A DNA stretch of 32,000 bases, taken from an uncultured bacterium (GTDB lineage: Bacteria > Margulisbacteria > WOR-1 > CAVSGV01). The notes under the pieces are model-generated. The model searched no databases and was not told the DNA's origin. It saw only the letters and a list, made by a program, of their open reading frames with translations. Below, one piece after another: positions 8,838-18,022 of this stretch. Position 1 is the stretch's first letter; the number at the start of each line of letters is the position of its first letter. The stretch spans positions 930,001 through 962,000 of the forward strand of contig OY969425.1 of NCBI GenBank assembly GCA_963699255.1, written 5' to 3'. A program made the position numbers and the translations under genes.

Positions 8838-9695
8838 CTATTTAATGTCCTCATTTAAATATTTTAAAGATTTAGGCCTTGCCGGTGGGATAGGGATCAC
8901 TCTGGAAACTTTTGTGGCTATATGTTTATTAAAATGTTGCTCTCCCGTCTTACAGAGAATCAGTCCATGTTCAACAAGAGAGGTCAGAGTTGGGGTTATA
9001 ATAGGCACGGATAAATGAGCGTGTGTTGCAATAAGGGCTTGTGAAGCGATTATGAGATTGCTCGGTTTCAACCCCCTCTTTTTTTCAAGCTCAACGATTC
9101 CGCAGTACGCCTTGAGCTCGGCCAATTTCAGATACTTCCACCATCCCATATAGAAAAAAGTCGGTATACCCATTCCCCGCATTGATCTTTCTCCATTATT
9201 TTTCGGGAAGTGGCTTTTATAGTAAGGGCAGTTGTCTTTGCCTAGAATACAGTACTGGGATAGCGGGCCGTTACATCCATAAACCTTATAGCCTCCTTTA
9301 ATTTTTTGGCCCTCAGCTCCCTGCTTATATGCTGATGGGACACGATACTTCAATTTTTGTGCATCTAATTTTTCTGGTAACCTCGAATTCCATTCATTTA
9401 ACTCTTGCAAGGCCTTTTCCTCAGGAAATCCATACTCCCTAAATTCTGTTGCGAGAATGAAGGCTGAATCATTTCTTGAGCCCTTAACTGCCCCAGTTGC
9501 CCAAAGGTATGCCACACAAGGCTTAATGACATCACAGGACACATTCAGTACATTAGACATATTTCGAACATGCTGTAATGCCTCAATCTCAGTATCGGTG
9601 TTTATGGTCTTTTCAATCATTGTTTCTCTAGCTTTCATTACAAGGACAATCCTTTTTACGATTTTTCTCTCATTCGGGTTTGCATGTATTGACAT
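8838..9695 (-). CDS. Primase-like / plasmid replication-associated protein
   Basis: GSRNDSAFILATEFREYGFPEEKALQELNEWNSRLPEKL...VPSAYKQG resembles primase C-terminal (PriCT) regions; YGCNGPLSQYCILGKDNCPYY is a clustered-Cys motif. Confidence 0.5.
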   Translation of the reverse strand: MSIHANPNERKIVKRIVLVMKARETMIEKTINTDTEIEALQHVRNMSNVLNVSCDVIKPCVAYLWATGAVKGSRNDSAFILATEFREYGFPEEKALQELNEWNSRLPEKLDAQKLKYRVPSAYKQGAEGQKIKGGYKVYGCNGPLSQYCILGKDNCPYYKSHFPKNNGERSMRGMGIPTFFYMGWWKYLKLAELKAYCGIVELEKKRGLKPSNLIIASQALIATHAHLSVPIITPTLTSLVEHGLILCKTGEQHFNKHIATKVSRVIPIPPARPKSLKYLNEDIK

Positions 9696-9905
9696 GTGTC
9701 AACCCAATATAGAAAGTTCACAGCCTTCGTTGTATGATAAAAATCTAGGCACCAACCTCAAGCCACTTACAGGCGGTTGTTATGCCTCTTATTATTTATA
9801 ATATGTCCGGGCTGGGTACCAATACCTTTTCTCTCAATGAACCTCCTCCCGTGTCTCAGTTACCTAACACTTTTCATCACCCTGTCACTGAGGCATTATT
9901 TTTCG

Positions 9906-10010
9906 CCTCCCTCTTTTTACGTGTGAATAGTGCTTCCTTGATTTGGGCTAAGCGCTTGTGTCAAGGTTGCGAATTTCGACATCGATATCTTCCAGTTCCC
10001 CTTTTGAATA
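9906..10010 (-). pseudogene. Degenerate partial copy of the parB 3' end
   Basis: Minus strand reads ...GELEDIDVEIRNLDTSA*, then in a shifted frame LAQIKEALFTRKK, matching ParB C-terminus GSEAIDVEIQNLGTIISRLGLIREALIKRKD (10530-10660). Confidence 0.6.
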
Positions 10011-10047
10011 AATCGTGTCATAACAACTTCCTCCCCGTATGATTATT

Positions 10048-10503
10048 TTAGTGATGGTGGAAGTTCCCCCTATCAATTCCCCTTAAAAAGTAATCGTTTT
10101 TATCACGGATTATCCACTTGAATGCAAAATCCTCGGCTATAGCTATGTCATCTTCTTCTCCAATTTCAACTTTTTTAATATTTTCACCGGATATCATTCC
10201 AGGTAAATATGCCAATATCATCATTTCCTCTTCATTATCTTGTTGACCAGATAAATATTTTTGAGCCTTAAGTAAGACACCTGCCAATTTAGCCCGATCA
10301 AACACCGAAGCAAAAGGATACTCGGCGTAAATGTTATCTTGTACATAATATTTGTTTTCTATTATCGCTTCATTCAGGGTTTTACCATTATCCATTCTTA
10401 TTAATACGTCCATCAAAGTATTAAAAGCATATTCCCCCAAAGACCCTACATATTCTTTTGCCCCGTCTTCGTAAATCACATAGATGTCTTCCATTTCAAC
10501 CAT
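10048..10503 (-). CDS. Hypothetical protein (151 aa)
   Basis: Open frame adjacent to parB, co-directional. Confidence 0.5.
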   Translation of the reverse strand: MVEMEDIYVIYEDGAKEYVGSLGEYAFNTLMDVLIRMDNGKTLNEAIIENKYYVQDNIYAEYPFASVFDRAKLAGVLLKAQKYLSGQQDNEEEMMILAYLPGMISGENIKKVEIGEEDDIAIAEDFAFKWIIRDKNDYFLRGIDRGNFHHH

Positions 10504-10525
10504 CTCCTTTGTTCACACCTATTAT

Positions 10526-11833
10526 TCAGCGCCCTCTTTTATGCACCCCTTTATCTTTACGTTTGATTAGCGCTTCCCTGATTAGCCCTAGGCGCGAAAT
10601 GATTGTGCCAAGGTTTTGAATTTCAACATCGATAGCTTCTGATCCCCTCAGCAAATCGGGTATTATAATTTGCAAGTCTTGGTCGATAATCATGTCAAGA
10701 AACCTACAGATCGAGCCGATTGCTTTTCTATAATTCTGATAAACCCAATCTTCGGAAGTTTTACGTGTGGTTTCCTTATCAGCTCCCGGCATTAACATCT
10801 GTGAATCTTTTTGACGGATAGCTCGAATGGCATTCACAACATTACTATAGCTACATTTCTCAAAGTCCATATTCTCCGCCAGCTTTATGCGTTGATCAGG
10901 GTTAAGTGATGTTAATTGACTCACGGCTTCTGCTGGCACCTGACCCTCTCGTATCAATTTCTGCCAATAAGCATCTAAGTCCAGTACTGCGAGCTTGTTT
11001 ACGAGTGCTAGTTCAGATAATCCGGTGACTTTCATTGCTTTTTCGACCTCCAAACCATCGTTTGCAAAATTTGCAAGCTCAGTCCCGCCTTCGGTGGTTA
11101 CCTCATCCTTACCCAATGCCTGACAAATGCCCCTTGCTTCCTCAATAGGCGTAAGGTTATCCCTATGCATATTTTCGTGAATGGAAACTTGTTTTGCCTT
11201 TTCGTCAGAATAATTCTGAACTATGGCCTGTATCGTTGTTAAGCCAGCGATTCCATGTGCCCTGAACCTTCTCTCGCCAGCAACAACCTCATAGCCATCC
11301 TTATTTGGCCTTACGATTATTGGCTCGATAAGCCCAATCCCTTTAATAGACTCCGCCAACTCCCGCAAACTGGTCTCAGTAAAGCTTCTCCGAGGTTGGA
11401 CATCGCACGGCGTAATCTTTGATATGGGGATTTCATGAACTTGGGCGATGACCTTTTCATTGTCATTATGGGACTGCGGATGCAACTCCTTTTCAATGGC
11501 GCTCACAGTCAACTTGTCTTCAATGATACGCTTAACCCATTTGTCCCTTTCAGCCTGATCTTCTAATGTAAGCAACAGCCGGCATTTGGCCACCCCCAAA
11601 TGTTGCATCGATTCAACATCAAGTTGCTCTACTACACGAATAAGCTCGTAGGCGTTGGAACGATGCATATCGACATCCTTTTCAAGATATTCCTCGAACG
11701 TCTTGTATTTTTCCTTATACAAGCGGCCGTCTCGTATCTGCTTCAACCTTATCCCAATCTCCCAGCTATTTTTCCGGATATCGTTCCGCAAACTTACAAT
11801 CTCATCAGTCAATTTCTTTAACATTGCCATCAT
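10526..11833 (-). CDS. parB: ParB/RepB/Spo0J-family partition protein
   Basis: VQPRRSFTETSLRELAESIKGIGLIEPIIVRPNKDGYEVVAGERRFRAHGIAGLTTIQAIV followed by ENMHRDNLTPIEEARG: canonical ParB nuclease/CTPase-like domain motifs. Confidence 0.93.
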   Translation of the reverse strand: MMAMLKKLTDEIVSLRNDIRKNSWEIGIRLKQIRDGRLYKEKYKTFEEYLEKDVDMHRSNAYELIRVVEQLDVESMQHLGVAKCRLLLTLEDQAERDKWVKRIIEDKLTVSAIEKELHPQSHNDNEKVIAQVHEIPISKITPCDVQPRRSFTETSLRELAESIKGIGLIEPIIVRPNKDGYEVVAGERRFRAHGIAGLTTIQAIVQNYSDEKAKQVSIHENMHRDNLTPIEEARGICQALGKDEVTTEGGTELANFANDGLEVEKAMKVTGLSELALVNKLAVLDLDAYWQKLIREGQVPAEAVSQLTSLNPDQRIKLAENMDFEKCSYSNVVNAIRAIRQKDSQMLMPGADKETTRKTSEDWVYQNYRKAIGSICRFLDMIIDQDLQIIIPDLLRGSEAIDVEIQNLGTIISRLGLIREALIKRKDKGVHKRGR

Positions 11834-12165
11834 CTCCTTTTCTTGCTGAACCCGCTCACCTGATTTGCGTTAACCTTTAACCGCCTCCCGTATCTATATC
11901 AGGATTTGTGGCGAGGAATTTCTTCGGTAATTCTTTTGATGTTTCCGTATGGCTTAGGGACAGTGGAAATACCACATTAATTGAAACTGAAGAGAATCAT
12001 AACGATGCTAATGAGTAGGAGAAGTGATTGACAGTAATTATTTCCCAGCCACCCGTGGTACACCCAACAGCCAAGAATCTGTGTAATATCATGGGCTATT
12101 TGGACACCATAGAAAGAAGCCGAAACCCTTTATTTATAAAAGAATCTCGGCTTTTTCTTGTTAAT

Positions 12166-12351
<186 letters not shown>

Positions 12352-12459
12352 TAAATATTATCTGCTTTAGCAGTAAAAAAGAAGGCTTTTAAGAGATTAA
12401 TCTTAAAGTTAAAGGTCTTTTTTGTTGCCATCTAACAAATATCTAATATATACATACAC

Positions 12460-12511
12460 TTGACAAAAATCTCAATTGTTGTATTATTAGCATATGCCAA
12501 TAACTAATTGG
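12460..12511 (+). promoter_or_regulatory. Sigma70-like promoter and candidate operator for the DUF134 gene
   Basis: TTGACA (12460-12465), 16 nt, TATTAT (12482-12487), then inverted repeat CCAAT-aacta-ATTGG (12497-12511). Confidence 0.6.
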
Positions 12512-12518
12512 AATATAT

Positions 12519-13025
12519 ATGCCAAGACCCTGTAAATGTAGATGGGTTAGAGGAAGACCTAATTCCAGGTACTTTAAGCCGCAAGGAATCCCGCTGTCAT
12601 CACTTGAAGAAGTTGTTTTGACTGTTGATGAATATGAAGCTGTCCGACTTGCGGACCTTGACGGTATGTACCAGGAAGATGCTGCAAAGAAAATGAATAT
12701 TTCAAGGCAGACCTTTGGAAATATCATTGAGGCAGCGCGCAAGAAGATCGCGGATGCGATAGTGAACGGAAAAGCATTAAAGATAGAAGGAGGTGTTATT
12801 AAAATGATGGAAAAACAATTTATTTGTAATGATTGCAAAAATGAATGGACCATGCCCTATGAAACAGGAAGGCCCATGGAATGTCCAAAATGCAAGAGCA
12901 AGAACATCCACCGTGCTCCTCAGGATAGAGGTTGTAACCTTTCTGGCGGCAGGCAGGGAAGAGGGATGAGAGGCAATGGCAGGGGATGCGGCAGAGGATC
13001 TGGAATGGCTCAGACTGCAAAATAA
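12519..13025 (+). CDS. DUF134 family predicted DNA-binding protein fused to zinc ribbon and Gly/Arg-rich tail
   Basis: MPRPCKCRWVRGRPNSRYFKPQGIPLSSLEEVVLTVDEYEAVRLADLDGMYQEDAAKKMNISRQTFGNIIEAARKKIADA (DUF134) plus ICNDCKNEW...MECPKCKSKNI. Confidence 0.9.
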   Translation: MPRPCKCRWVRGRPNSRYFKPQGIPLSSLEEVVLTVDEYEAVRLADLDGMYQEDAAKKMNISRQTFGNIIEAARKKIADAIVNGKALKIEGGVIKMMEKQFICNDCKNEWTMPYETGRPMECPKCKSKNIHRAPQDRGCNLSGGRQGRGMRGNGRGCGRGSGMAQTAK

Positions 13026-13046
13026 TAAAAGGAAGGTGAGCAAGTT

Positions 13047-13412
13047 TTGAAAATATGTATACCAACAACAACTAAAGATGGCATGTCCGCAAAAGTATAT
13101 GAACACTTTGGAAGCGCGCCATATTTCACGATCGTTGATATTGAAAATGCTGCTATCGAAATATTAGATAACACTAATTCGCATCATATGCATGGCATGT
13201 GCCAGCCGATGGATGCTTTAAACGGCAAAAAGATCGATGCCGTGATAAGCGGGGGAATGGGGGCAAGAGCTGTTAATAAATTGAACCAAGGCGGGATAAA
13301 AGTATTGCGCTCAAATGGCCTTACGGTAGAAGATACAGTCAAGAACTATAAAAGCGACAAGCTAAAACCTATAACCATAGAAAGCGCATGCATGGACCAT
13401 TCTTGTCATTAG
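13047..13412 (+). CDS. Dinitrogenase iron-molybdenum cofactor (NifX/NifB C-terminal-like) family protein
   Basis: MKICIPTTTKDGMSAKVYEHFGSAPYFTIVDIENAAIEILDN...IDAVISGGMGARAVNKLNQGGIKVLR; Cys/His tail ACMDHSCH. Confidence 0.88.
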   Translation: MKICIPTTTKDGMSAKVYEHFGSAPYFTIVDIENAAIEILDNTNSHHMHGMCQPMDALNGKKIDAVISGGMGARAVNKLNQGGIKVLRSNGLTVEDTVKNYKSDKLKPITIESACMDHSCH

Positions 13413-13424
13413 GAATAGGGCTTT

Positions 13425-14429
13425 ATGAAAAAACCCTTTGCCAGTCCAGATAAACATGTATTGAGGTATTTTCCCTCATTTATTACCGTTTCTGCCGGCA
13501 GGGTTGTAAACATAACGGAGCCTTCTCTTACTTCATGTCCTCTAGCCTGCCATTTCTTCAAAGACTTTAAGAACAGCGGGAAACCGCACAGTAAACCAAT
13601 AAAACAGATCATTAAAAAAGCTATAGAGTCACAAATAAAGGAATATGGATTCTATACAAGTAAAAGACTGTTGCTTATTAGAGATATTACAACACCTTAT
13701 GGCGCATCTGAAATATTAATGTGCACCCTGAAAAAGAAAGAGATCGATGCGGCTGTTATTGTCTGTGATGGAGCAGGGACGGTTATCACGGATAACGGAG
13801 ACCTTGTACAGGGGATAGGGGCAAAGATGAACAGTTTATTCTTAACCTCACCCATAAAAAAAACTATATCCCGAATAAATAAGCTTGGCGGTCACGTAGT
13901 ATCAGAAAGTGCCGCTATCGATCAGATAAAAGGAGTAGAGAGAGCTATACAAATGGGATATAAAAATATAGCTGTAACTGTAAATGGTTATAGTTCTTCA
14001 GACAGCTTAATAAAGATACGGAAACTCGAGAAAAAACATAAGGTAAGAACAACTATTCTCGTCGTCTGCACAACTGGGGTTAATAATAGAATTGTGGCGA
14101 AAATAAAGAAATATGCGGACATTGTCTGGAGCTGTGCTTCTCAGGAAATAAGAAAGGATATCGGAGCTGTTGCGTTGCTGCAGATATCAAAACCGATACC
14201 AGTATTTGTATTGACCGAGAAAGGTTTGGGATTGGCCGCTGCATATGAGCATGGAGGATCTATCCTTAGGTCATTGGACATTAAAAAACAATATTTGATC
14301 TCAAATGAGACTGGTGGGCGGCCAATAAAACTCGGGTTCCTTAATGCATTCTTATGTGAGAAGAAGCTGCCGGTGTTATCAAACACACGAACAATGCATT
14401 GTTATAAGAACAATAGGATGGGCAATTAA
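13425..14429 (+). CDS. DUF2099 / putative methanogenesis marker protein 8-like protein
   Basis: IKEYGFYTSKRLLL...TTPYGASEILMCTLKKKEIDAAVIVCDGAGTVITDNGDLVQGIGAKMNSLFLTSPIKKTI...IDQIKGVERAIQMGYKNIAVTVNGY is recognisable as the family signature. Confidence 0.75.
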   Translation: MKKPFASPDKHVLRYFPSFITVSAGRVVNITEPSLTSCPLACHFFKDFKNSGKPHSKPIKQIIKKAIESQIKEYGFYTSKRLLLIRDITTPYGASEILMCTLKKKEIDAAVIVCDGAGTVITDNGDLVQGIGAKMNSLFLTSPIKKTISRINKLGGHVVSESAAIDQIKGVERAIQMGYKNIAVTVNGYSSSDSLIKIRKLEKKHKVRTTILVVCTTGVNNRIVAKIKKYADIVWSCASQEIRKDIGAVALLQISKPIPVFVLTEKGLGLAAAYEHGGSILRSLDIKKQYLISNETGGRPIKLGFLNAFLCEKKLPVLSNTRTMHCYKNNRMGN

Positions 14430-14432
14430 ACA

Positions 14433-15140
14433 ATGGACCTAACCCTTGTAGCCGAAGGCTCAACCGGGTGGCAGAGGTTCATTAAACACTGGGGGATTTC
14501 CTTTATTGTTGGGGATGTGTTATTTGATACTTTCGGCAGAGATGTTGTTTTCCGGAAGAATATCAAAAAGTTCAAGATAGACATTTTAAAGATCAAAAAA
14601 GTGGTGATCTCCCATGATGACTGGGACCATATAGCAGGATTGGGAAATTTCCTTGTTCGTAAACCCGATGTCCCGGTATACATATGTAAGAATTCCGCTC
14701 AAAGCCTTAAAGAGATCATAAAGAAAAGCGGCAATCCGTTACATGAGGTTGATAAGCTTACAGAGATATCTCCTGATATATTTTCTCTGGGCGAGCAGCG
14801 CGTAAAAACCGCTCATGGAGTAGTGTGTGAGCAGGCATTGGCGGTAAGATCCGATAAAGGGCTATCAATAATAACCGGCTGCGCACATCCGGGGATCGTT
14901 AATATAGTTAAGCTTGCCATTAGGGAACTCAAAGAAGCTCCTTATCTGGTTTGCGGCGGTTTTCATTTGAAGGATGATTCTCAGGATGAGGTTATGAAGG
15001 TGATATACGAACTTGGCGGGCTTGGCGTCAAGAAAGTGATACCACTACACTGCACAGGCAAGGTCGCTCAGAGATCGTTTAGATCGATATACGCTGATAA
15101 TTGCATCGATATTTCTGCAGGGGATCGTTTGGATATCTAA
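14433..15140 (+). CDS. MBL-fold metallohydrolase, beta-RFAP-synthase/dihydropterin-synthase-like subfamily
   Basis: VISHDDWDHIAGLGNFL...SIITGCAHPGIVNIVKLA...LVCGGFHL...KKVIPLHCTGKVA. Confidence 0.8.
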   Translation: MDLTLVAEGSTGWQRFIKHWGISFIVGDVLFDTFGRDVVFRKNIKKFKIDILKIKKVVISHDDWDHIAGLGNFLVRKPDVPVYICKNSAQSLKEIIKKSGNPLHEVDKLTEISPDIFSLGEQRVKTAHGVVCEQALAVRSDKGLSIITGCAHPGIVNIVKLAIRELKEAPYLVCGGFHLKDDSQDEVMKVIYELGGLGVKKVIPLHCTGKVAQRSFRSIYADNCIDISAGDRLDI

Positions 15141-15179
15141 GCTTATCCGCCCTCTATCTAACAACTCAACTCTACCGAG

Positions 15180-15233
15180 TTGACATAAATGCTCATATAT
15201 CGTATAATCTAGATATTATGATATATGATTATG
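15180..15233 (+). promoter_or_regulatory. Consensus sigma70 promoter with overlapping dyad (candidate ArsR-family operator)
   Basis: TTGACA (15180-15185), 17 nt, TATAAT (15203-15208); near-palindrome ATATATCGTATAATCTAGATATTATGATATAT spans the -10 and the start codon. Confidence 0.75.
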
Positions 15234-15478
15234 ATGGAATCGCAAATAAGCTGAAGGCGCTCGGACATCCGGTAAGGCTGAAAATAGCCAAGGGGCTGTT
15301 TAAAGACGGATGTAACGTTAACAAGATCGTGGAAGAGCTAAAACTGCCGCAATCGACGATCTCGCAGCATATCACGATATTAAAGAATGCCGGGATAATA
15401 GCGGGGGTAAGGAACGGGGTAAAGATATGTTATAAGGTAGTTGACAGGTTTACTCAACAATTATTAAAGGGGGTATGA
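15218..15478 (+). CDS. ArsR-family (SmtB/ArsR-like) winged-helix repressor
   Basis: LKALGHPVRLKIAKGLFKDGCNVNKIVEELKLPQSTISQHITILKNAGIIAGVRNGVKICYKV. Track start 15101 overlaps the upstream gene and the promoter, so the internal Met at 15218 is preferred. Confidence 0.88.
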   Translation: MIYDYDGIANKLKALGHPVRLKIAKGLFKDGCNVNKIVEELKLPQSTISQHITILKNAGIIAGVRNGVKICYKVVDRFTQQLLKGV

Positions 15479-15481
15479 ATA

Positions 15482-15805
15482 ATGGGTACAGTAAAAAATA
15501 TAACAGATAACGATTTTGATGCGGAAGTTGGAGCCAGTAAAGGCATTACATTGGTGGATTTTTGGGCTCCGTGGTGCGGACCGTGCAAAATGATGGCGCT
15601 GGTATATGAAAAGGCAGCTGAGAAATTCAATAAAATAAAGTTCTGCAAGATCAACACCGATGAAAACCCTATTAAACCAGGGCAGTCGGATATATCTGGT
15701 ATCCCATGTATCGTGGTTTATAAAGACGGGAAAGAGATCGACCGCCTTATAGGCTTTCGCGAGCAGAAGAATTTTGAATCTGCACTGATGCGGTTAGATA
15801 AATAG
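15482..15805 (+). CDS. Thioredoxin-family protein
   Basis: TLVDFWAPWCGPCKMMALVYEKAAEKF...GIPCIVVYKDGKEIDRLIG. Confidence 0.93.
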   Translation: MGTVKNITDNDFDAEVGASKGITLVDFWAPWCGPCKMMALVYEKAAEKFNKIKFCKINTDENPIKPGQSDISGIPCIVVYKDGKEIDRLIGFREQKNFESALMRLDK

Positions 15806-15814
15806 GATCTAATT

Positions 15815-15994
15815 ATGCCAAAAGTAGTTAACTATCTTTGTCCCCAGAATCATCCATGTCCATGCGTGCCTGTATGCCCAGTAAAGGCTATAACCCAGAA
15901 GGGCTATGATGCTCCTGTCATAGATATGTCCATATGCACAAAATGCGAGAAATGCGTAAAAGTATGCCCTATGGGAGCGGTCCAAAAGGACTGA
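15815..15994 (+). CDS. Small 2x[4Fe-4S]-type ferredoxin
   Basis: Manual translation (59 aa, below track cutoff): MPKVVNYLCPQNHPCPCVPVCPVKAITQKGYDAPVIDMSICTKCEKCVKVCPMGAVQKD; includes a perfect CxxCxxCxxxCP motif. Confidence 0.88.
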   Translation: MPKVVNYLCPQNHPCPCVPVCPVKAITQKGYDAPVIDMSICTKCEKCVKVCPMGAVQKD

Positions 15995-16002
15995 TATAAA
16001 CC

Positions 16003-16569
16003 ATGCATTTATTTGATACAAAAAGGCTGGAGCATCTGGACGATCCGCAAAGAACAGCGCAGATCCCCGTGAAAAAGATCGCCCTGGAACTGGGACTGAA
16101 AGACGGAATGTCGGTGGCAGATATTGGGTGCGGCTCCGGTCTTTTCAGCTATGCTTTTGCTGAATATGTTAATCCTCACGGCAAACTGGTCGGTTTTGAT
16201 ATTCAGCAGGCGTGCATCGACCATTGTGAGAAGAAAAAAACCCCAGCGCATAAGCATGTTTCATTTGTTTTGAATGGATCGGACAGGATAGGAGCAAAGG
16301 ATGGCAGTTTTGACGCGGCTGTAATGATAGTGGTGGCGCATGAACTGCCCGAGCCTCAAAAATTCTTTCATGAAGTAGCGAGGATATTAAAGCCGGGAGG
16401 CAGGCTGGCGCTTATAGAATGGCAGATGGCGCAGACAAAGAACGGCCCCGACCTGAGCGAGCGGATAGCTCCTGATACACTTGAGAAGCTTCTCAATGAA
16501 GCCGAGTTCAGTATTGTTAAAAATGAAGTTCCCAGTGAAAACCATTATATGATCATTGCTCAAAAATAG
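16003..16569 (+). CDS. Class I SAM-dependent methyltransferase (UbiE/Methyltransf_11-like)
   Basis: VADIGCGSGLFSYAFAEYV (motif I), LKPGGRLALIEW. Confidence 0.9.
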   Translation: MHLFDTKRLEHLDDPQRTAQIPVKKIALELGLKDGMSVADIGCGSGLFSYAFAEYVNPHGKLVGFDIQQACIDHCEKKKTPAHKHVSFVLNGSDRIGAKDGSFDAAVMIVVAHELPEPQKFFHEVARILKPGGRLALIEWQMAQTKNGPDLSERIAPDTLEKLLNEAEFSIVKNEVPSENHYMIIAQK

Positions 16570-16590
16570 AATATTCAAGGGAGGTGACAT

Positions 16591-16791
16591 ATGGTAAATA
16601 ATATGGGTTTAATGGACAGGGTAATCAGGGTCATACTGGCTTTAGTCGTTATAGCACTATATTGTCTGAAGATGATATCCGGACTAGCTGCCATTATACT
16701 TGGGGTGATTGCCGCAATTTTTATTGTCACAGGTTGTATAGGTTATTGTCCGCTATATCAGTTAATCGGGATCTCCTCAAAGGGAAAGTAA
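16591..16791 (+). CDS. DUF2892 family membrane protein
   Basis: MGLMDRVIRVILALVVIALY...LAAIILGVIAAIFIVTGCIGYCPLYQLIGI. Confidence 0.85.
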   Translation: MVNNMGLMDRVIRVILALVVIALYCLKMISGLAAIILGVIAAIFIVTGCIGYCPLYQLIGISSKGK

Positions 16792-16981
16792 TAATAAGGG
16801 CTATGTTTTGGAAATGATCTCATCACATAGCCCTTTCGTTTGTTTTTCCCAATCTAACATTCACCTGCTGTATCTGACGTTTCTGAGGTTATAATCGCCC
16901 GTCTTGTAGCTGGTTTATAAGGAATTTGGCTTATTTTCAGGGAAATAGTGATAGTAGGGCGGGTAAGTTCCAACCAAGACA

Positions 16982-17072
16982 AAATCCCTCCCCCGCTACC
17001 TCTTTTATGCTTCAGTTACGTAGTAGCCAAGGTTCTCCCGCCAAAGGCGGGAAAATCCTACCCCCGCTATTT
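16982..17072 (+). repeat. Right copy of the tRNA-end-containing direct repeat
   Basis: 16982-17040 matches 12222-12280 with 4 mismatches; 17041-17072 is identical to 12320-12351. It lacks the 39 nt at 12281-12319. Confidence 0.9.
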
Positions 17073-17136
17073 AACATGATATCATCGAGGGGCGGATCTT
17101 AAGATCGTTCCGCTAAAGTCAAAGACCGCTTGTTTG

Positions 17137-17775
17137 TTACTTATAAAGTATTGATATTCTTGGATAATATTGAGCATTACTATAATCCCAAAGATTGGTC
17201 CTGTTGATCGTTGATGGACCAGATGTACCATATGGGAATACTTTGACCCCATTGTTCGCGGCCGCACCATCGAACCAATCCCGGACAAGCGATGTTACAT
17301 CGAAATAATTCCATCCCACAGCAGTGCTGTTTATATAAGAAGCGTTAACCGAACTGATGGAGGGCTCATTGGTCGCGGATATGGCGGCCTTTTGCCAAGC
17401 GCCGGTCACCTGAGTGATAGTTGTTGTACAGCTGGCATCAAAGGTGGTTATATATATGTTCAGGGAAGCGCTTTCTATCGAAACACCCGAGGGGATCTGC
17501 GGCATATAGAATTGAATATAAACCTCTTCTTTTAATGAAGTGCCACCACCAGCATAGGAATACCATAGATATTCTAAAGTTCCCGTCCCATATGTTGTAC
17601 CATAATCAACAATTCCGCTACTATTGCTAAAACTAGTGAATGCGCTTTGCTCTACGGTAGCAGTTGCAGTGTGCGTCGGCGGGACCGTTGTATTATTGGA
17701 GCCTGTCGGGTTCCCGCAACCGGATACAACAAGTAATAATGCGAACAGTAAAGAAACAAAGAAAGCCTTTTTCAT
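17137..17775 (-). CDS. Lipoprotein with DNRLRE/CBM96-like domain
   Basis: Lipobox LLVVSGCG; later TAVGWNYFDVTSLVRDWFDGAAANNGVKVFPYG...YYPRISILYK. Start at 17775 preferred over 17811. Confidence 0.65.
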   Translation of the reverse strand: MKKAFFVSLLFALLLVVSGCGNPTGSNNTTVPPTHTATATVEQSAFTSFSNSSGIVDYGTTYGTGTLEYLWYSYAGGGTSLKEEVYIQFYMPQIPSGVSIESASLNIYITTFDASCTTTITQVTGAWQKAAISATNEPSISSVNASYINSTAVGWNYFDVTSLVRDWFDGAAANNGVKVFPYGTSGPSTINRTNLWDYSNAQYYPRISILYK

Positions 17776-18022
17776 TTTTAACGCCTTTATATTAGGCTGA
17801 TTTGTTTGCAATGATGCCGCAAGCTGATTTATATTTTATCATTTTTATCTTATATTGATATAAAATTGATTCCGTCATATCCCCGACACCTGTCCGACCG
17901 TTGCGCCGCCGAATATTAGGACCGGCTTCCCCTAATTTTATTCTAATAATATATTAATGTATTTTTAACCGTTACAATGTAATATGTTTATGGCTTGAAA
18001 GATCCCCGATAAGGAGGAAATC

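Noticed and set aside
12443-13106. Minus-strand ORFs of 136, 109 and 83 aa over the DUF134 gene
   Set aside because: Antisense shadows of a convincing DUF134/zinc-ribbon CDS with its own promoter.
15101-15217. Track N-terminal extension of the ArsR-family ORF
   Set aside because: The extension overlaps the upstream MBL gene and the TTGACA/TATAAT promoter; homologous domain sequence begins just after 15218.
15809-16021. 70 aa minus ORF (MYQINAWFIS...)
   Set aside because: Antisense to the 59 aa ferredoxin, which has a textbook CxxCxxCxxxCP motif.
17840-17960. GC-rich segment upstream of the DNRLRE lipoprotein considered as a riboswitch
   Set aside because: Some short complementary patches (ccggtcc/ggtcgg) but no recognisable class or terminator; evidence too weak to report as a feature.
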